A DNA stretch of 64,000 bases from Octopus vulgaris (lineage: Eukaryota): NCBI GenBank assembly GCA_951406725.2, contig OX597816.1, forward strand, positions 156,302,001 to 156,366,000, given 5' to 3'. The position numbers were made by a program, and so were the translations under genes. The notes beneath the pieces are model-generated. The model saw only the letters and a program-made list of their open reading frames with translations. It was not told the DNA's origin and searched no databases. Of the stretch, positions 1 through 14,520 are shown in pieces (within the stretch, counting starts at the first letter, position 1; each line of letters starts with the position of its first letter).

Positions 1-751
1 ATCTATGTGAGGATGTGAATACGTTAAAATGAATCTAAATGTTAATTTTTTTTTCATAATACGACGCCAATAATGTAAAAATATACCACTCCAGCTTTGA
101 AGTAACAGCATTAACAAGTACTGAAGCAAACAAAAGCAAAATATAGAGAAAAAAATATGCGGCAACTACGAGTCAAACATAAAAGTATTTTGTATATCAA
201 ACTAAATTATTTAAAACTACCTAGTTCTATTTGCAATTTGCAGAGAATTGACTATAAATTATAAATGAGAGATATAGCCATCTTCAGGATAATGGCTTAG
301 CAAAGAGAAAATTAAAGCCAGTGATCCTACTTGAAAAGAACATACATAAGTATGTACACACCCACATACATACGTATGTATCTGTGTATTGGAGAAAGCC
401 CAGCTGTGATAAAATAGAAATGTAAACGTATTCCTTTAATTCAGGAAATAATTAAGCGGCCGTTATAGAGAATGAGAGTTACTACAATGTGTGAGCCGTT
501 GCAACGCTTCCTTCCACGCAAAAAGTAGCATAGGCTATTTGCAATAATATATACCAGTCACAAATTATACTATCTTTGTAATGACTAGTTTCATTTTCAT
601 ATTTTACCGCTTGAGGCTTCTACATTATATACAAATATCATACAACACGTATATACATACATACATATATAAACATATATACACACACATATATATATAT
701 CTATACATACGAATATATGTATATATATATATGTGTGTGTGTGTGTGTGAG

Positions 752-790
<39 letters not shown>

Positions 791-1386
791 CTCTGTGAAT
801 TAGAGGTTGAGAAACCAACAAAGGGATAGTACCTATCCAATATACTTGGTGGTAGTGTACTCAATTATTCATAGACAAGTGATAGTCATTGCATAGCAAT
901 CTCGCAATTGAATATAATATACGGGCGGGGGTAAAAAAAAATGTGATTTACGCATGGTTAATACGGCAAATACGAAAACTCTAGTTATATTATTATAATT
1001 TATTCGACGACAGTTTGATGTGGCTCCACGCAGTTTAAATTTTCGTTGGCTCAATCATCGAACTCCCTCAGTCCCGGATTCGGGTGTACAGGGTGGATGA
1101 TACTGAGCTGCTATTGGGGAATATAATTCACATCCTGTCACTAATAGTGATACTGACATTGAAGCGACAACAGATTCAAACTGAATTCCTAGAAACACAT
1201 GTTTGGTCGGGATGTTTGCTGGTGACTGCCTATCTGGGAAGTGGAAGCGACAGCAGATCGCTGTTGCCAGAGCGTGTATTAAACCTACCTGATGTGTGGT
1301 GTGCGTGTGTGTGTGAATGTGCATGAATGCACGGGTATTTATGTGTGTGTTTATGTTGACAGCATCACAAAGTTAGCATATATATA

Positions 1387-1421
<35 letters not shown>

Positions 1422-1589
1422 CTGATATATAAGTGCGTGTGTTCGTGTGCGTATGTATTGCGTGCACGCGCACGTATATATATATCCGTATAAGTTTGCG
1501 CTTGTATCTAGTTTGTGTGCGTGTTTATGTGTAACTGTGGTGTGCGTGCATGTGTACACATACACGGACACTTCAGACGCACATCCAAA

Positions 1590-1910
1590 TTCATTGCCCT
1601 CTCTAATGGGAGGATGATGGTAAAAGATATCATCACCATTGTAATCGCACCAATTTGAAAGCATAACCTTATTCCGGTAAAGTCCAATTTCGGAGGTTGT
1701 TTGTGGTGTTCCACTGCACCTCCTCCGTTGTTATAGACAATCCATTTATTGTCATCTGTCTCCATTCTCTTCATAAACGTTAGCATCATTCCAACAATCA
1801 AGCCTGCTTACATAGCTAAGTTGATAAAGATAGTTTTCAACACGTGATTTGAATATTTGGAGCATGCTTGTGATCTTCCTGTTGGTGTAACGTTGGTTCG
1901 TGCGCAATCT
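1590..1910 (-). pseudogene. Decayed mariner (D,D34D) transposase fragment
   Basis: Minus-strand frames read LRTNQRYTNRKITSMLQIFKSRVENYLYQLSYVSRLDCW (HTH region leading to the WVPHEL linker), FMKRMETDDNKWIVYNN (cf. FLKRMITGDEKWIVYNN) and MLSNWCDYNG (cf. VMLSIWWDYKG), broken by frameshifts. Confidence 0.85.
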
Positions 1911-2100
1911 GTCTCGTTCCAAAATAGCACTGTACTACGTTGATGTAACGGGTATGGATGCACCAGGCATTTCAATGTTAGCTACTTATTAGGGTGGTTG
2001 AAGTTTAGTGTCAATAAAAACCGGACGAAAATTTTGATCGTCTGATCTCTGACTTCTGGCTGAAATCAGAACGCCATGTTGAATCGTTAGCTCCTGCACG

Positions 2101-2293
2101 CATTTTTTTTTCTCTCCTTGTTTCTCTCCTTGTTTCTCTCCTTGTTTCTTTTCTGTGTATCTTTCTGTTGAAGAGCGTAGGCTCGAAACGTAAAAGACTT
2201 GTTTTATTTCTATTCCTGGGCGCCATACTAATAGAATTACTTGTTTGTACTCCACCTGCCTTCGTCTTTTGTTTATTTTCGTAAACCTTCCCG
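2101..2293 (+). mobile_element. Penelope-like element terminal repeat (pLTR-like) fragment with hammerhead motif
   Basis: Pyrimidine-rich segment (12-bp tttctctccttg x3), then an HHR motif at 2160-2197, then a T-rich 3' part ending cgtaaaccttcccgt directly against a long (TA)n. Homologous to 13996-14170 (-). PLE assignment is inferred from the minimal HHR architecture. Confidence 0.65.
2160..2197 (+). ncRNA. Minimal type I hammerhead ribozyme motif, A6U core variant
   Basis: tcttt-CTGTTGA-A-GAGC-gtag-GCTC-GAAA-C-GTA-aaaga: 5-bp stem I, 4-bp stem II, short palindromic stem III (ACGT), GUA cleavage triplet. Confidence 0.7.
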
Positions 2294-2296
2294 TTA

Positions 2297-2393
<97 letters not shown>

Positions 2394-2407
2394 GTATATA
2401 TATATAT

Positions 2408-2488
<81 letters not shown>

Positions 2489-3334
2489 GAGTATATATAT
2501 ATATATATATAAATGAGTGTGTGTATTTGTGTCTGTGTATGTGTTGGTTATGCTCCTTACCGAGCATAAACGTGGTTTCCCGGTTTTGTGTGAATATATT
2601 CGTCATTGAGTGGGCTGCAGCAACGTGAAAGGCAGTGTTTTAATCAAGAACATGATGCATCCGGTTCAGGAATCGGAACATCAATCTTATGATCATGAGC
2701 CCGACACCCTAACACAAAGACATCTGGTTCCACTCACTGTATGTGCATATATACATACATGAACATCACACACACGTATGTTTGTGTGTGTGTTTGTGTG
2801 TAATAAAGTTAGTGAAGTTTTCAGAAGACTACGCTTCACTGATGAGGTTTAATAACAGGGAAGCATTTCCTTTGTTGTGACCTTATCCGCTAACAGTCGT
2901 GTGAATGTACATCGTTGTAGAAACTTATTTAGTAGTCAATGCCTTAGTGAAAGGTATTTCTTGCTCATGGAAACAGGAATGTCTATAATTAAATATTGAA
3001 TAGAGGTTGAGCTCGTTACAGGCCTAAGTATGGCTTCTGCTCAATGGAGCTGCTTTTGTGAATCACACATACTATTGACGTTGTCGCAGGAACTGTTTAC
3101 AAGAACAGACAGACTAAAATCATACAAATCGTACTTCAGGGTAGAGCGTGGCATAATATATTCAAAACAATGTATACGAGGGAAAACATGGGCTTAAACA
3201 ATGAACGTTCAGCGCTAGAATAGTTTTGTTAGTTGATCACGGCTCGTACACGCCAACAAACCGCCACCATTTTCCCACCACCACCACCAGCAACAACAAC
3301 AACAACAGCAGCAACAACAACGAATCTTTTACAC

Positions 3335-3453
3335 TTTGTACTTATTCTATCGGTCTCTTTGGCCAAACCGCTAAGTTATGGGGACGTAAACACATCAGTT
3401 GTCAAGCGATGCTGGGGAACAAACACAGACACACAAACACACACACATACACA

Positions 3454-3528
<75 letters not shown>

Positions 3529-3692
3529 GACGGGCTTCTTCAGTTTCCGTCTACCAAATCCACTCACAAGGCTTCGGTCGGGGCCCGAGACTATAACAGA
3601 AGACACTTGTCCAAGGTGCCATGCAGTGTGACTGAACCTAAAACCATGTGGTTAGTAAGCAAGCTACTTAGCACACAGCCACTCCTACGCCT
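3335..3692 (-). mobile_element. tRNA-derived SINE, family A (CORE-like centre, internal (TA)n(TG)n, LINE-like tail)
   Basis: Minus strand: aggcgtaggagtggctgtg head with B-box-like ggttcagtc, ccttggacaagtgtcttct centre, internal microsatellite, tail gtttacgtccccataacttagcggtttggc. Homologous copies at 29490, 34413, 40995, 44930. Confidence 0.85.
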
Positions 3693-4619
3693 AAAACAAT
3701 TATAACACAAACTACATTAGTAGCAATATGAAGGGTGTGTAAGTAGTAGGTCGAATTGTATGAAATAGTAGCAAAATCACTAAATGTTAGACATCACTCT
3801 CAAGAATAGAAAAGGAGCGCTGCAGTTAGCAAAACAAGGAACACAAGGTGTATTGTAATGTCTTAGACCAAAAGTTTTATTGACCAATGATGACTCAGAG
3901 GCAAATAACACCAAGAACGAAGCTGCTATTAATGTGAAAAATAAAAATATATCATCTGTTTCTATTGATTAATTCAGCCCTCAACCCATTAAGTACATAT
4001 GCTTTCTGTCTGTCTGTCTGTCTCTCTCTCACTCTCTTTCTCTCATCCTACTATCTCACTCCACAGCTTTTGTTTTCACACTTGCTCAGCATCCTGTTTC
4101 GGTTAATGTCATTAGTACTGCACTCACACATACCATCAGGCGACTCCAGCAGCAATGCGTGTTCGCTAAGAGAACATGTTGTGCAACCGACCATTCCGGC
4201 ACGTCATTTATGCATTAAATCGTACACAGAACAGATCACTCTCATATATACATACATATATGCATGCATACATACATATGTACACACATACATACACACA
4301 CGTATGTATGTGTGTGGGGGTGTACGTGTGTATGTATGTGTGTATATGTATGTTAAAACTTATTGGTTCTCAATATTACAGCCTTTATCAAACCTATTCA
4401 ACAGCATAGTTTATTATCTTTCATATAGAACAATAGATCTATAAAGCGATCTATAAGTATGTGTATATGCGTGCGTATGTGTATGAACGTGCGTACCGTA
4501 ATGTTTTAACGCTTAATCAATAACCTATCAGTACTTCCGTCCTTTTTTCTATTAGAAATGATGGACGGTAAGACATTTATAGAGCATATTGTGCAAGTAA
4601 GCTGCAATATAAGACTGCG

Positions 4620-4732
<113 letters not shown>

Positions 4733-4757
4733 GTATATGTGTGTGTGCATGTATGTA

Positions 4758-5146
4758 TCTCTCTCTATATATAAACGGCAGTTTGTTTGTCTGTGTTTCT
4801 GTGTGTCTGTTTGGGTGTACCCTCACCCTGACCACGGCTTTCAACCGATTCTGCTGAAACTTGACACACACATAGCCCAATGTCATAATTCAAAACTAAC
4901 GCAGCGAAAATTTTGAAAAGTTCCCCAGTTCTGAAAAAAATCGATAAATTCGACATGGGATCGAGAATCAGAAACACAAACCACAGACTGTCTAGGGGAC
5001 GCAACTCGACCTTTTTTAACTCTCAAAAAAAAAAATTTACCATAATTTTTTTTCCATTTTTTTGCTATTTTTTGGCTATAACTCTCTAAAAATGCTTTAT
5101 AGTTATTTCCCTTACAAACCCGAGCAACGCCGGGCGATACTGCTAG
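4758..5146 (+). mobile_element. Non-autonomous Helitron
   Basis: Starts 5'-TC (tctctctctatatataaa), ends CTAG-3' (5143-5146) with subterminal hairpin cccgagcaacgccggg (5119-5134); inserted between A(4757) and T(5147) with no TSD. Confidence 0.85.
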
Positions 5147-5196
5147 TATATATATAGAAATATATATGGATATCTACATATATATATATACATATA

Positions 5197-5237
<41 letters not shown>

Positions 5238-5277
5238 ATACATGCTTTATATATATATATATAATATATATATACAT

Positions 5278-5435
5278 GCCCTAACCACTGGACCATTGCG
5301 CCCAGTGGTTAGGGCAGCGGACTCGCGGTCGTAGGATCGCGGTTTCGATTCCCAGACCGAGGCTCCGGCAAGGTGGAGGGTCGATCCCTTGCTGTACTTT
5401 TTCGCCTCACTCTTTTTTCTATTGGCCTGCTCGCT
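5278..5435 (+). mobile_element. Internally deleted tRNA-derived SINE with fold-back 5' end
   Basis: GC-rich head ccagtggttagggcagcggactcgcggtcgtaggatcgcggtttcgattccc with A-box-like and B-box (gtttcgattcc) motifs; the first 14 bp are an inverted copy of the head. Confidence 0.65.
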
Positions 5436-5899
5436 GGAGTCATTTGAAGGCTATAACAATATCACAGGATCACGTGATATATATATATATATATATATAC
5501 ACGTCAATTTCCGGACCTTATCCGAAGAGATTTGCTCTAGGTAACAATACAAATCAGTATAACACGTATCAATGGTCATGCTGTTTTCAATTAACTAACT
5601 GCAAGGAAAGGTCACCCACCATACTTGCATATGCTGAGGCGGGTTTTCTGTGGGGGACACATTCCAGAATGAAAAAATTACACCTTTCAAATGCCGGTTG
5701 AAATAATATCAGACTTTGTTAAAATCTGCTATGTTGCTTCTGGGTATTCCGCCTTTCTGATTTTTTCTTATATTCATATATTTATAGTCCCAAAAATATA
5801 CCCGGGATGCGTTGTACACACACATACACATACAAACACACATATATATATATACACACACGTATATATACATATATCTATATATATGCATATATATGC

Positions 5900-5941
<42 letters not shown>

Positions 5942-6068
5942 ACGTATGAATGTATTAGGTTAGTATTATAAAATGTGTCTCTTAAAACCGTAGTCAGTAC
6001 TGCATTAATTTTGGTTAAGAAGATATCTACACATACAAATGCATATACATACATATAAATACATAGTT

Positions 6069-6116
<48 letters not shown>

Positions 6117-9100
6117 CAACAAAAACCTCTAATGGATTTGTTTACGTGTGCACAGTGAGCACAGAAAAATATTCTCCTATTCATTAATTATCCTTTATTT
6201 CTATGTTGCACGTTTTTATCGATAAATGTAATCTTAAGCACAATTTTAATTGAAACACGTCCTCTATCATGCATCCTTGACATTTCCAGGTGGTATATTC
6301 TACTTAAGGTTATTGACCATCCCACTTTTAATGATGTTTACTCTTAATTAAATTTAAAGAAACTTATCCTTAATACTTTTATTCTATGTATATTGTGTTT
6401 CAGTTGATTTCAAATACACTTTTTCGTATTCTTTCAAATTAACATACTTTTTATTCGTCGCATTTTACTCACATTCTCATTCAGTGTGGCAACTAAGTAT
6501 TAGAACAGATACTATACTAAAATGTTGCAAATTAGTGTCATTTTCAATTTATAGTTAAATTATTTCATTCTGATTTTATCGCAGATGACTTCCAGATGGC
6601 ACTAAATTTACAAAATCATGTTTTCTCCTAAGGTTATAGGAGTCTATACCTGACAGATCCGACCAAAATTTCTGTCACAATTACAGTGTAGTGTCTTCTA
6701 ATAGAAGCAGCAGGCCGCAACATCATTTTGATAATTGCTTAAAATTGTTTCATTTAGTTTTCATTATAAAAGCTATTTTAACCACTTATAAATAAATCCC
6801 AAATCCCATTGTACTTGCATTTATAATATTGGTAATGCGCCAGTGAAAGGACATTTCAACGAAGGGTCCTTTATGTTGTCATTTCACCATCTAAAAAACC
6901 TACCAAACCAGCCTCAAATCATATCCTACTGCCTTAAAAAGAAGAAAGGACACATTAGGCAGCGTATTCCTTCACATCCCTAAAAGGAAAGAGCGATAAC
7001 AGCTGAAATGCATTTGACCATAGAGTTGTTCAATCGTAGACGAGGTGATCTAAACAATGATAACAAACAACAGTTGTCATTTTGGACCTCGTGAAAAGAA
7101 CCCCGTGTTCATAGGATTAAGTAATTGTTTCACATTGACACATGTATTTTGTAAGGGAGGCAGGTTCATTTCGCCAAGGTGTTAAATTTATAATTTCCCT
7201 TCGTTCTAATGACATGTGTTATATTATTAATCTCTGTCTCATACAATGTACAGGAATTAATTGCAAATGTAAACACTAAGGGATTTGTAGAGGATTTGTT
7301 AAATACAAAGAAATTTACTTTGAAAAAGAATTGTCAAAATTTACTTCCAAAAACAAATAAATATATCTTTAAAAGAAAAAAAAACTACCAATAATATATC
7401 TTTGAATAAAATAAATAAAGTTTTAATTTGAATCAAAGAAGATTCCAGCTTGAATTCACAGGAGTATGCTTCGTTTCCATCACCCTACAACACCCACGCC
7501 TAACCTCAGAGCTACCTTAACGATTGAGAGCTTTTCAATTTCAATTTTTACATTTATTTCCAAGAAATGTTCTTAATTTGCATGATAAATTGTAGTTTTT
7601 ATGGTAAATCACTTCTTTTCCTAAAGCTCACATCATCTGCAACTGTTAACCGTTGTTTTTCATGGTAATTTCTTCTGTTCTCACTACCCTACAGATATAT
7701 TAGCTTTCATACGCATGTTATTTTACAACAAATTGATTTTCCTTTTCTTGTACATTTGAATCTAGCTTTATGCTCGATTGTTTTATGAATGATTAACATC
7801 AGACTTGTAAGTGGAACACCTCATAGGAAAAGTAGTTTCTTGTAAGAATTGTTTAGAATTTGCTGAATTCCTACTTCACTTGATGTTTCAATATGTAAGT
7901 TGTGTCGATCAAGCCATGGTCTGATAATCTTCATCATTGATTTTTTGTGTGTATGCATATAAATATATATACATATATATATGTATATATGTGTGTGTGT
8001 GTGTGTGCATGTACCTCCACAGAAAGTTTTAAGTAACCATATATAAGACATAAACAGTTTGCGTAGGTGTCCAGAATAGATCTGGCTTCTGGCAAGAAAG
8101 TGACACTTCAAGTCATTCAGAGAAATGAAAATATGAGCTGGTGTAAAACATAGACACAAAAGATTATAATTATGCGACGCAGACCGTATTATCTCATAGG
8201 TCTAGATATACAAGATCTTGTGATGTGTGAGCAAGTTCTGAGTTTCAATAATCAGTTTGAACTATTTCATTCTATGAGAAGCTTCTAATTTTCTTGCGAA
8301 ATGTTTGTAGTCAAGAAGATATTCGTAAAACATTAGAAAGATTTTCATATTGGAAAGACAAGTTGCTGAGGAGAATTTCTCAGCACGGGTCTTGGAAGCT
8401 CTGTGCATGTTATTTCATTTCGAAACTGTGACCATTTTATTTCTTCTATTCAACAATAATGTCAGTGCAAATGCTCAAGTATAGCACGCTCTTTCATCAC
8501 ATGTAACCATTTTTTGACATATGTTGACAAAAGTATTATGAGACTAGTTAACTGAGGGCCGTAGAGTATAACACACACTCATTAACAGCCATAACCAACT
8601 CCCTTTTATACACTCAGATTCCCAATCTGTTTCACAACGTCATGAAAATAACATTTTCCAATATCCCCTCGTACTAGAAAATAAAAAAATCAATAACCTC
8701 CCCGTGATTAAAATCCCGTTCATTACAACTTCTTTATAAATGACTATTGTCCATACCCTTGTTCTATATTGCTGATAATGACATGTTAATTAGCTCCAGG
8801 CTTTCATTTATGAGCACTGAGAATGTTCAACGTTAATGGAAATAGAGTTTATTTCTCTGTAGTCGTATGCAAAAGGCAATGGGAAAGAAGGAAATTTCCA
8901 GTCTCATTTGTATGTGTTTCCTGTTTATGTGAATGAATGCATCCTACAAATCCTATTAATTTGTCTTCATCTCGTGTAACAATTGCATCACATTTGAACA
9001 GAAGTCGTCTTTCTAATGTGAGGTAATATAAAGATACGTACGTCATTCGTAGCATGTATAATCTAAATAGTTATTGTGCCATCATATAGTACCTGTTTGC

Positions 9101-10389
9101 AGAATGTTACACTTGGCTTTTTTAGAATAAAATATTGTGTAGCCCTCCTAATGATATACCAAAGCCGTACAATTTGTGCTGGCTGCAGCTTTCTATAGTT
9201 ATATAATATATAATTACATAATGTTCTTTGAAATGTATAAACTTTTACTGCAGTCATATACGCCATCATCTCTCCTTTAATGATCTCTGTATTCATAAAT
9301 ATGTCAATAATTAAAACAATTCTAAAGACAGAATTTTTTATATTTTCCTTAGTTGAACCGAATTTTTTTCCTTTCAATTCATATAATTTATTTCAACTCA
9401 AACGTTTGTAACAACAACGTTTTGCAATTAATAACTCTAAAGTTTGGACACGTTAATGGAAGCATTTTTAACCAAAAAGTACTTCCCTTCACATATAGTT
9501 TCGTCTTAATTCCCATGACGATCTTATTTTCAACTTCTCAGTGGTAGCTTTTTCTTTATAGCTTAAATTTCCGTACCGTATAACATATAGAAATTAAATT
9601 ATCACCCATAAATTACCACAGTGAAATTATGTAAAGTAAACTTGACAGATTAAATATTCACAACCAATTTTTAACGGCTGTTTGATTTAGTTGATAATCA
9701 ATATATCTGCTGCAAAGTGGTTTCCTGGGTTTATTAAGTGGCATACTAAAAGCGAAAATAGAAATTCTTCTAAACAAAAATATGTGAAATTATTTCACTC
9801 CCCATTAAAAATTTTCTTCATGTACAATCCTCTTCCATCTTCTCTTGATTTTAGATTTTTCATGATTTCAATTCCCTATAGTCCGTGTCTACATCCTACC
9901 TCACTCCCGTTTTCTGTCACCCTAGTTGTTTTAGCTCTTTATTTTTAATCTATTCTTTATGGTTATTATCTAATGCCTTATCTTCCATATCAGACTCTTC
10001 TTTGCAATGACAGTCGATCATAATTCATTATGGTTTGTATTGATTTATAGCAGAAACATATGCAGTCTGACATATTTCCTCACACACACAAATAATCAGT
10101 ATTACATACATATGCACACTCAAACAGCGACACACTCACACAGCAAAATTATTCAAATAAATTTTTACTTTTTCTTATGTTGGATAATGGCAAATACGGT
10201 ATCAGAGTACATCAAACGAGCTAAAAGTTTGCAACAAATACAACGCTACCACACCGCAGTTGTTCCAAGTATTCACTTCTTATTTCCAGCATATTATCTT
10301 CACAATACTTACAAAATTAATGATCCTAGCTTGTGGCCTAAGAAGTGATACCTTGACAAAACAGAAGTATCATATATTAATTAGTGCTA

Positions 10390-10600
10390 TGGCGGTGAGA
10401 TGGCAGAATTGTCGCGTGCGGATCAAAATGCTTAGCGATATTTCATCCGTCCTTTACGTTCTACATTTAAATTCCGCTGAGGTCGACTTTGCTTTTCATA
10501 TCTCGGACTCAGTAAAATAATAACCAGGTACGCATTGGGATCGAGATGATCAACTAGCACATTCACCCGAAATTTCATGTTTTGGGCCAATTGCAAAAAA
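10390..10600 (+). mobile_element. tRNA-derived SINE, family B (Meta-like central domain), diverged
   Basis: ggcggtgagatggcagaattg head and aaattccgctgaggtcgactttgcttttcat centre, shared with 35913 and 44332. Confidence 0.7.
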
Positions 10601-12790
10601 GACATTGACTTAGTCTATACTTAATATTAACCGTTGTAAACGTAAGATAATCTCCCATAAGGTCGGGCCTGCAAGATGGTTCCCATTCACAGTTTAAGTC
10701 AAATCAGTTTTCTTAATTTGAAGTACCTTAAGGGGAAGTATGTTTATTACGAGGAACCTTTCTATTATATCAAAATAAGGTATTTGTTATGTCTATTTTA
10801 CATCTGTTTTCTTACAAAGGACGGAGAACTGACAGAAAGTGTGGAACAGCCAACGAAATTTATTGTTTTCTGTATCATTGCAAGTTAAAATACTGCTAAG
10901 GGTAAATATATCAACTAAACCATCTAATTCTATGAAATAAATGGCTAGAAGAGGTATAAGGTAAAATGGATAGGTAGGTCAAAATAAGTCATTTCTGAGT
11001 TCCTTACTCTTTACTTGTTTGCAACTATTACAATACACCTTTGGTATCATCATTTTGTACAGCTGCATCTTCTTTGTGAGTACAGATTGTTTAGCATTGT
11101 CGTTGCTGCTGAAACTGAGAGACTTTGAAATATAGTCAGGTGACGAGTACTTTTATCAGGAAATTTTTCCTCTATTTTGACCCGATTTTCACTGTTTCAT
11201 TCCAAGTCAATTTATGTTCTCAGGAATATCTAATTTAATATATTTCCATTTACAGCTGTCTAAAGCAGCCAAAATGACTAATATCAAATTTCAATAATTT
11301 TTTCTCTTGCACAGCTTGGTGCTTGGCTATATCAGGAAGAGAGCCATTCCAAAAGGTCGTGAAGCCATCCCAACTGGTCAAAATTTCAGATTTAGAAAAA
11401 TTTCATATCATGTGCCATTTTTCTGTGATTCTCTTTCATGTGACCAAGATATTTTTTCAACTTTTGTTGCATTTCTGATCTTTTTGATATCTAAGGATGG
11501 ATATTAATATATACGAGTCTTTTACGAATATAATTCTGGAGAACTGAAAAAAGCAAATTTACTTTAATTTGTCTTATTCATTTTTCTCTACTCACATTTG
11601 TCTTTTATATGCTCAAAGAGAAAGTAGGATCCTTTTCTGAGTGTTCTGAATGTTACAGTATGTTTAGTGGATTTAGAGGTCATTTGCTTAACTGATATAG
11701 ATTTCGTCAAGTAGTGAACATTTGTAATTTTCTTTCATCAACAAAAAAAACCTGCAAATATTACTCTTACATTTAATCAAATTTTAATATTATCAGACAC
11801 ATTAAGTTCTTCTTTTCGCTTAAAGGAAGTTGCATGCCTCTCTCTGTGTATGCCCAAATGTAACCCATGTTTTACATTTATTTACTAATTAAGCGAAACT
11901 TTTAATTCGCTATTTGTTATATTAATCCCTTACTGTCGATTTTACATTGGAGCCTTTGTGCTTGAAAAATTACCATTTCTTGTCATTCAACGTATTCGAT
12001 ATACATGAGTGAATCAGTTGATAGGGGGTTACATTTTATCTGTTTGCTCCGAAACAGATACCACACAAATACAAAAGAAAAAGAAAATTAAAGAACAGGC
12101 TTTCCTATTGGCTTGGAAATTTTCAATAGTTCAGCGGTGCGGAATAGTTTCAAACATGTCATAAATGCACAGCTCACGGCAAGTCATTATTTACTGTCTA
12201 ACGAAAAGGAATAGCAAAATAAGAGACTTTGCAATCTTCTTTTATCTTCTTCCTTTTCTTGTGCAATAAAAAGATCGAAATTAATGGAACTGTCTGATTT
12301 TGAAAAAAGAAATCATTTCTTTTTTAAATAAATCTAGAAATTACATTTCTGTGTTTCCCCAGTTTCATTTGTTTTTGCATTGCTACAATTCCAATTTCAA
12401 TAAAGACTTCAATTACAAAATCTTACGAAATTTTGCCAATGTTACTTCTGAATGTTATTATTTATTCAAAACTGAAATAGATCCTCTGGCTAATTAATAA
12501 TATCGTATTAGATGTTTCCAACAAGAACTTTCGAAAAAGTTTCCGATCTCGCAATTGCATTTTCTATTTCTTTATTTAAATACTTGTTGTTATAGTTTCT
12601 TTTTTATATTTTAATTTTCATTCTCATTTTTTTTCTTTTAACATTTTTTGCTAGGAGTTTCTCGCTTTTGTTGTGTTTCTTCATTCAGCTGAAATTTCAG
12701 TTAATTTCGAAATGAATTCTGTTATTTTTTAATCATGCGCACCATAATTCTCATCAGCACTCTAAGTATGTACGCATATATTATACTGGC

Positions 12791-12864
<74 letters not shown>

Positions 12865-13995
12865 GTGTGTGCATGTATGTATGCATGTATGTATGTATTT
12901 ACACCTACACATTTAAATATATATACACATGGGTACATATGTCCAAACAGGCAGACATATATATTCATTTCTACATACACCCTCATCCATATATATATGT
13001 GTATATGTATGTATGAATGTATGTATGTATGTACGTACGTACGTATGTATGTATGTATGTATATATGTACGTATGTATGTATGGTTGGATGGATGGATGG
13101 ATGTACATATATACATATGTATGTAGATATTCTTCTTCGTTTCTATCACTTTATTTTCTCTATAGTTGACTGTTTATAAATATAATAGCTTCCAGCGAAA
13201 CGAACTAAACCAATCATAAAAATAAAGAATTATAAACGAAAATTTCGCAATTATAAATATAATGAAAATGTCAGCATCACCACAGAATAGTTTATATATT
13301 TTGTAATATGTAGTGATCAAGTTAATTCACACTCTTAGAACGCAAGACCCTTTGGGTTATTGACAATGAATGGAAATCCGTAAGTCATTGAATAGCTCTA
13401 CCATAAATTAAAACCAACAATGTTTGATATCTCATTTGGGATAAGACTAACGTGGGACCGAGTGTTAGGTCTTACAAAGCCCATTATCAGAATGAGAGTT
13501 ATATGCAATAACAAATTAACTGGAAAAAGCTTGTGGTTCTTATTCTGAAGGTGAGCGATCCATCAAGTCATAGCTTTCATCTTAGCTATTTATCCATTCT
13601 GGTAGTTTTAGAGAGACTACTAAACTACCACAATGGGCAAATAGCAGCACTATCATAGACGTGTAGAGGAATTTATAGGATAAGTATAGCTCCAGATTTA
13701 CACAGTTTGATATTGTAGATTTTTTTTCCTTCCATATCAAGGTCGTTGCTTGATAAGGCGATTGAAATTGCAAAAAAGATATGCCAATAAAATAGGATTA
13801 ACCATGTGAAGGATTAATTGAGGTGCAGGGCAGGTAATAAAATAATCTGTTGGATTATCGTATTTCCACGGTACGAAACTATAGTAGCTTTTATTTTAAT
13901 GCTGAGCATATGTGTGTGTTTGTGTGTGTGTGTGTTCTTAAACATACACACATATATATATATGACAGGTGTATACTTTATATACAATATATATA

Positions 13996-14170
13996 GTGAG
14001 AATTTACAAAAAAAAGACGAAGACGGGTGTGTAAACAACAAACAGATGTATTAGTTTAACACTCAGGAAGTGAGAAAGTCTTTTACGTTTCAAGCCTAAG
14101 CTCTTCGACAGAAAAGAACACAGAAATAAACAGGGGAAAAAATAATAAAAGGTTTAGTGGCTAGCGATCT
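13996..14170 (-). mobile_element. Penelope-like pLTR fragment with hammerhead motif (14079-14115)
   Basis: Minus strand tttt-CTGTCGA-A-GAGC-ttag-GCTT-GAAA-C-GTA-aaaga; 3' end gtaaattctcac abuts a short TA run; same family as 2101-2293. Confidence 0.65.
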
Positions 14171-14199
14171 ATATATGTCTTAATCTTAATTTTACTTTC

Positions 14200-14520
14200 T
14201 CCCTCTTTCCATAGAACCCCACACGACGAAAGATCTCCATAGAGCTAGGTCACAATCCCTACCATGAACCTACTTCCCTGTCAGGTCCATATGTGTCACG
14301 TCCTTTCCACTGTTCTCGACCAAATATCGTGAAAAGCTTGTCTCACCTCCTGCGCTGTATCTCTCTGGTTTTCCATTCCAGAAGCTGTCTCATTAGTCTT
14401 TTCATGAGTATTCCTAACACATGTTCTACCATCATTCTGCCACCACACAATATATATGGATATCCCGCCGATTATTGACCTGGCCCATCCATGGTGTTTT
14501 CATTCATGATGCAGTGGCGG
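14200..14520 (-). mobile_element. RTE-clade LINE 3' ORF remnant
   Basis: Minus strand RMMVEHVLGILMKRLMRQLLEWKTREIQRRR resembles the RTE C-terminal W.GHV.RM...R.....L.W.P.G.R.RGRP signature; heavily decayed. Confidence 0.5.

Noticed and set aside
1055-1324. Complex-sequence ORFs on both strands as a possible host exon
   Set aside because: No recognisable domain and no convincing splice-site pair.
2839-2865. CTGATGA hammerhead core
   Set aside because: No stem II and no correctly placed GAAA-NUH.
8849-9377. Adjacent minus-strand ORFs with DKLIGFV, faintly like a P-element/THAP transposase
   Set aside because: Single short word; no catalytic motifs or TIRs recognised.
11298-11507. Strong-looking splice acceptor tttttctcttgcacag
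   Set aside because: No recognisable peptide or donor site; such sites arise by chance in AT-rich DNA. Needs RNA-seq.
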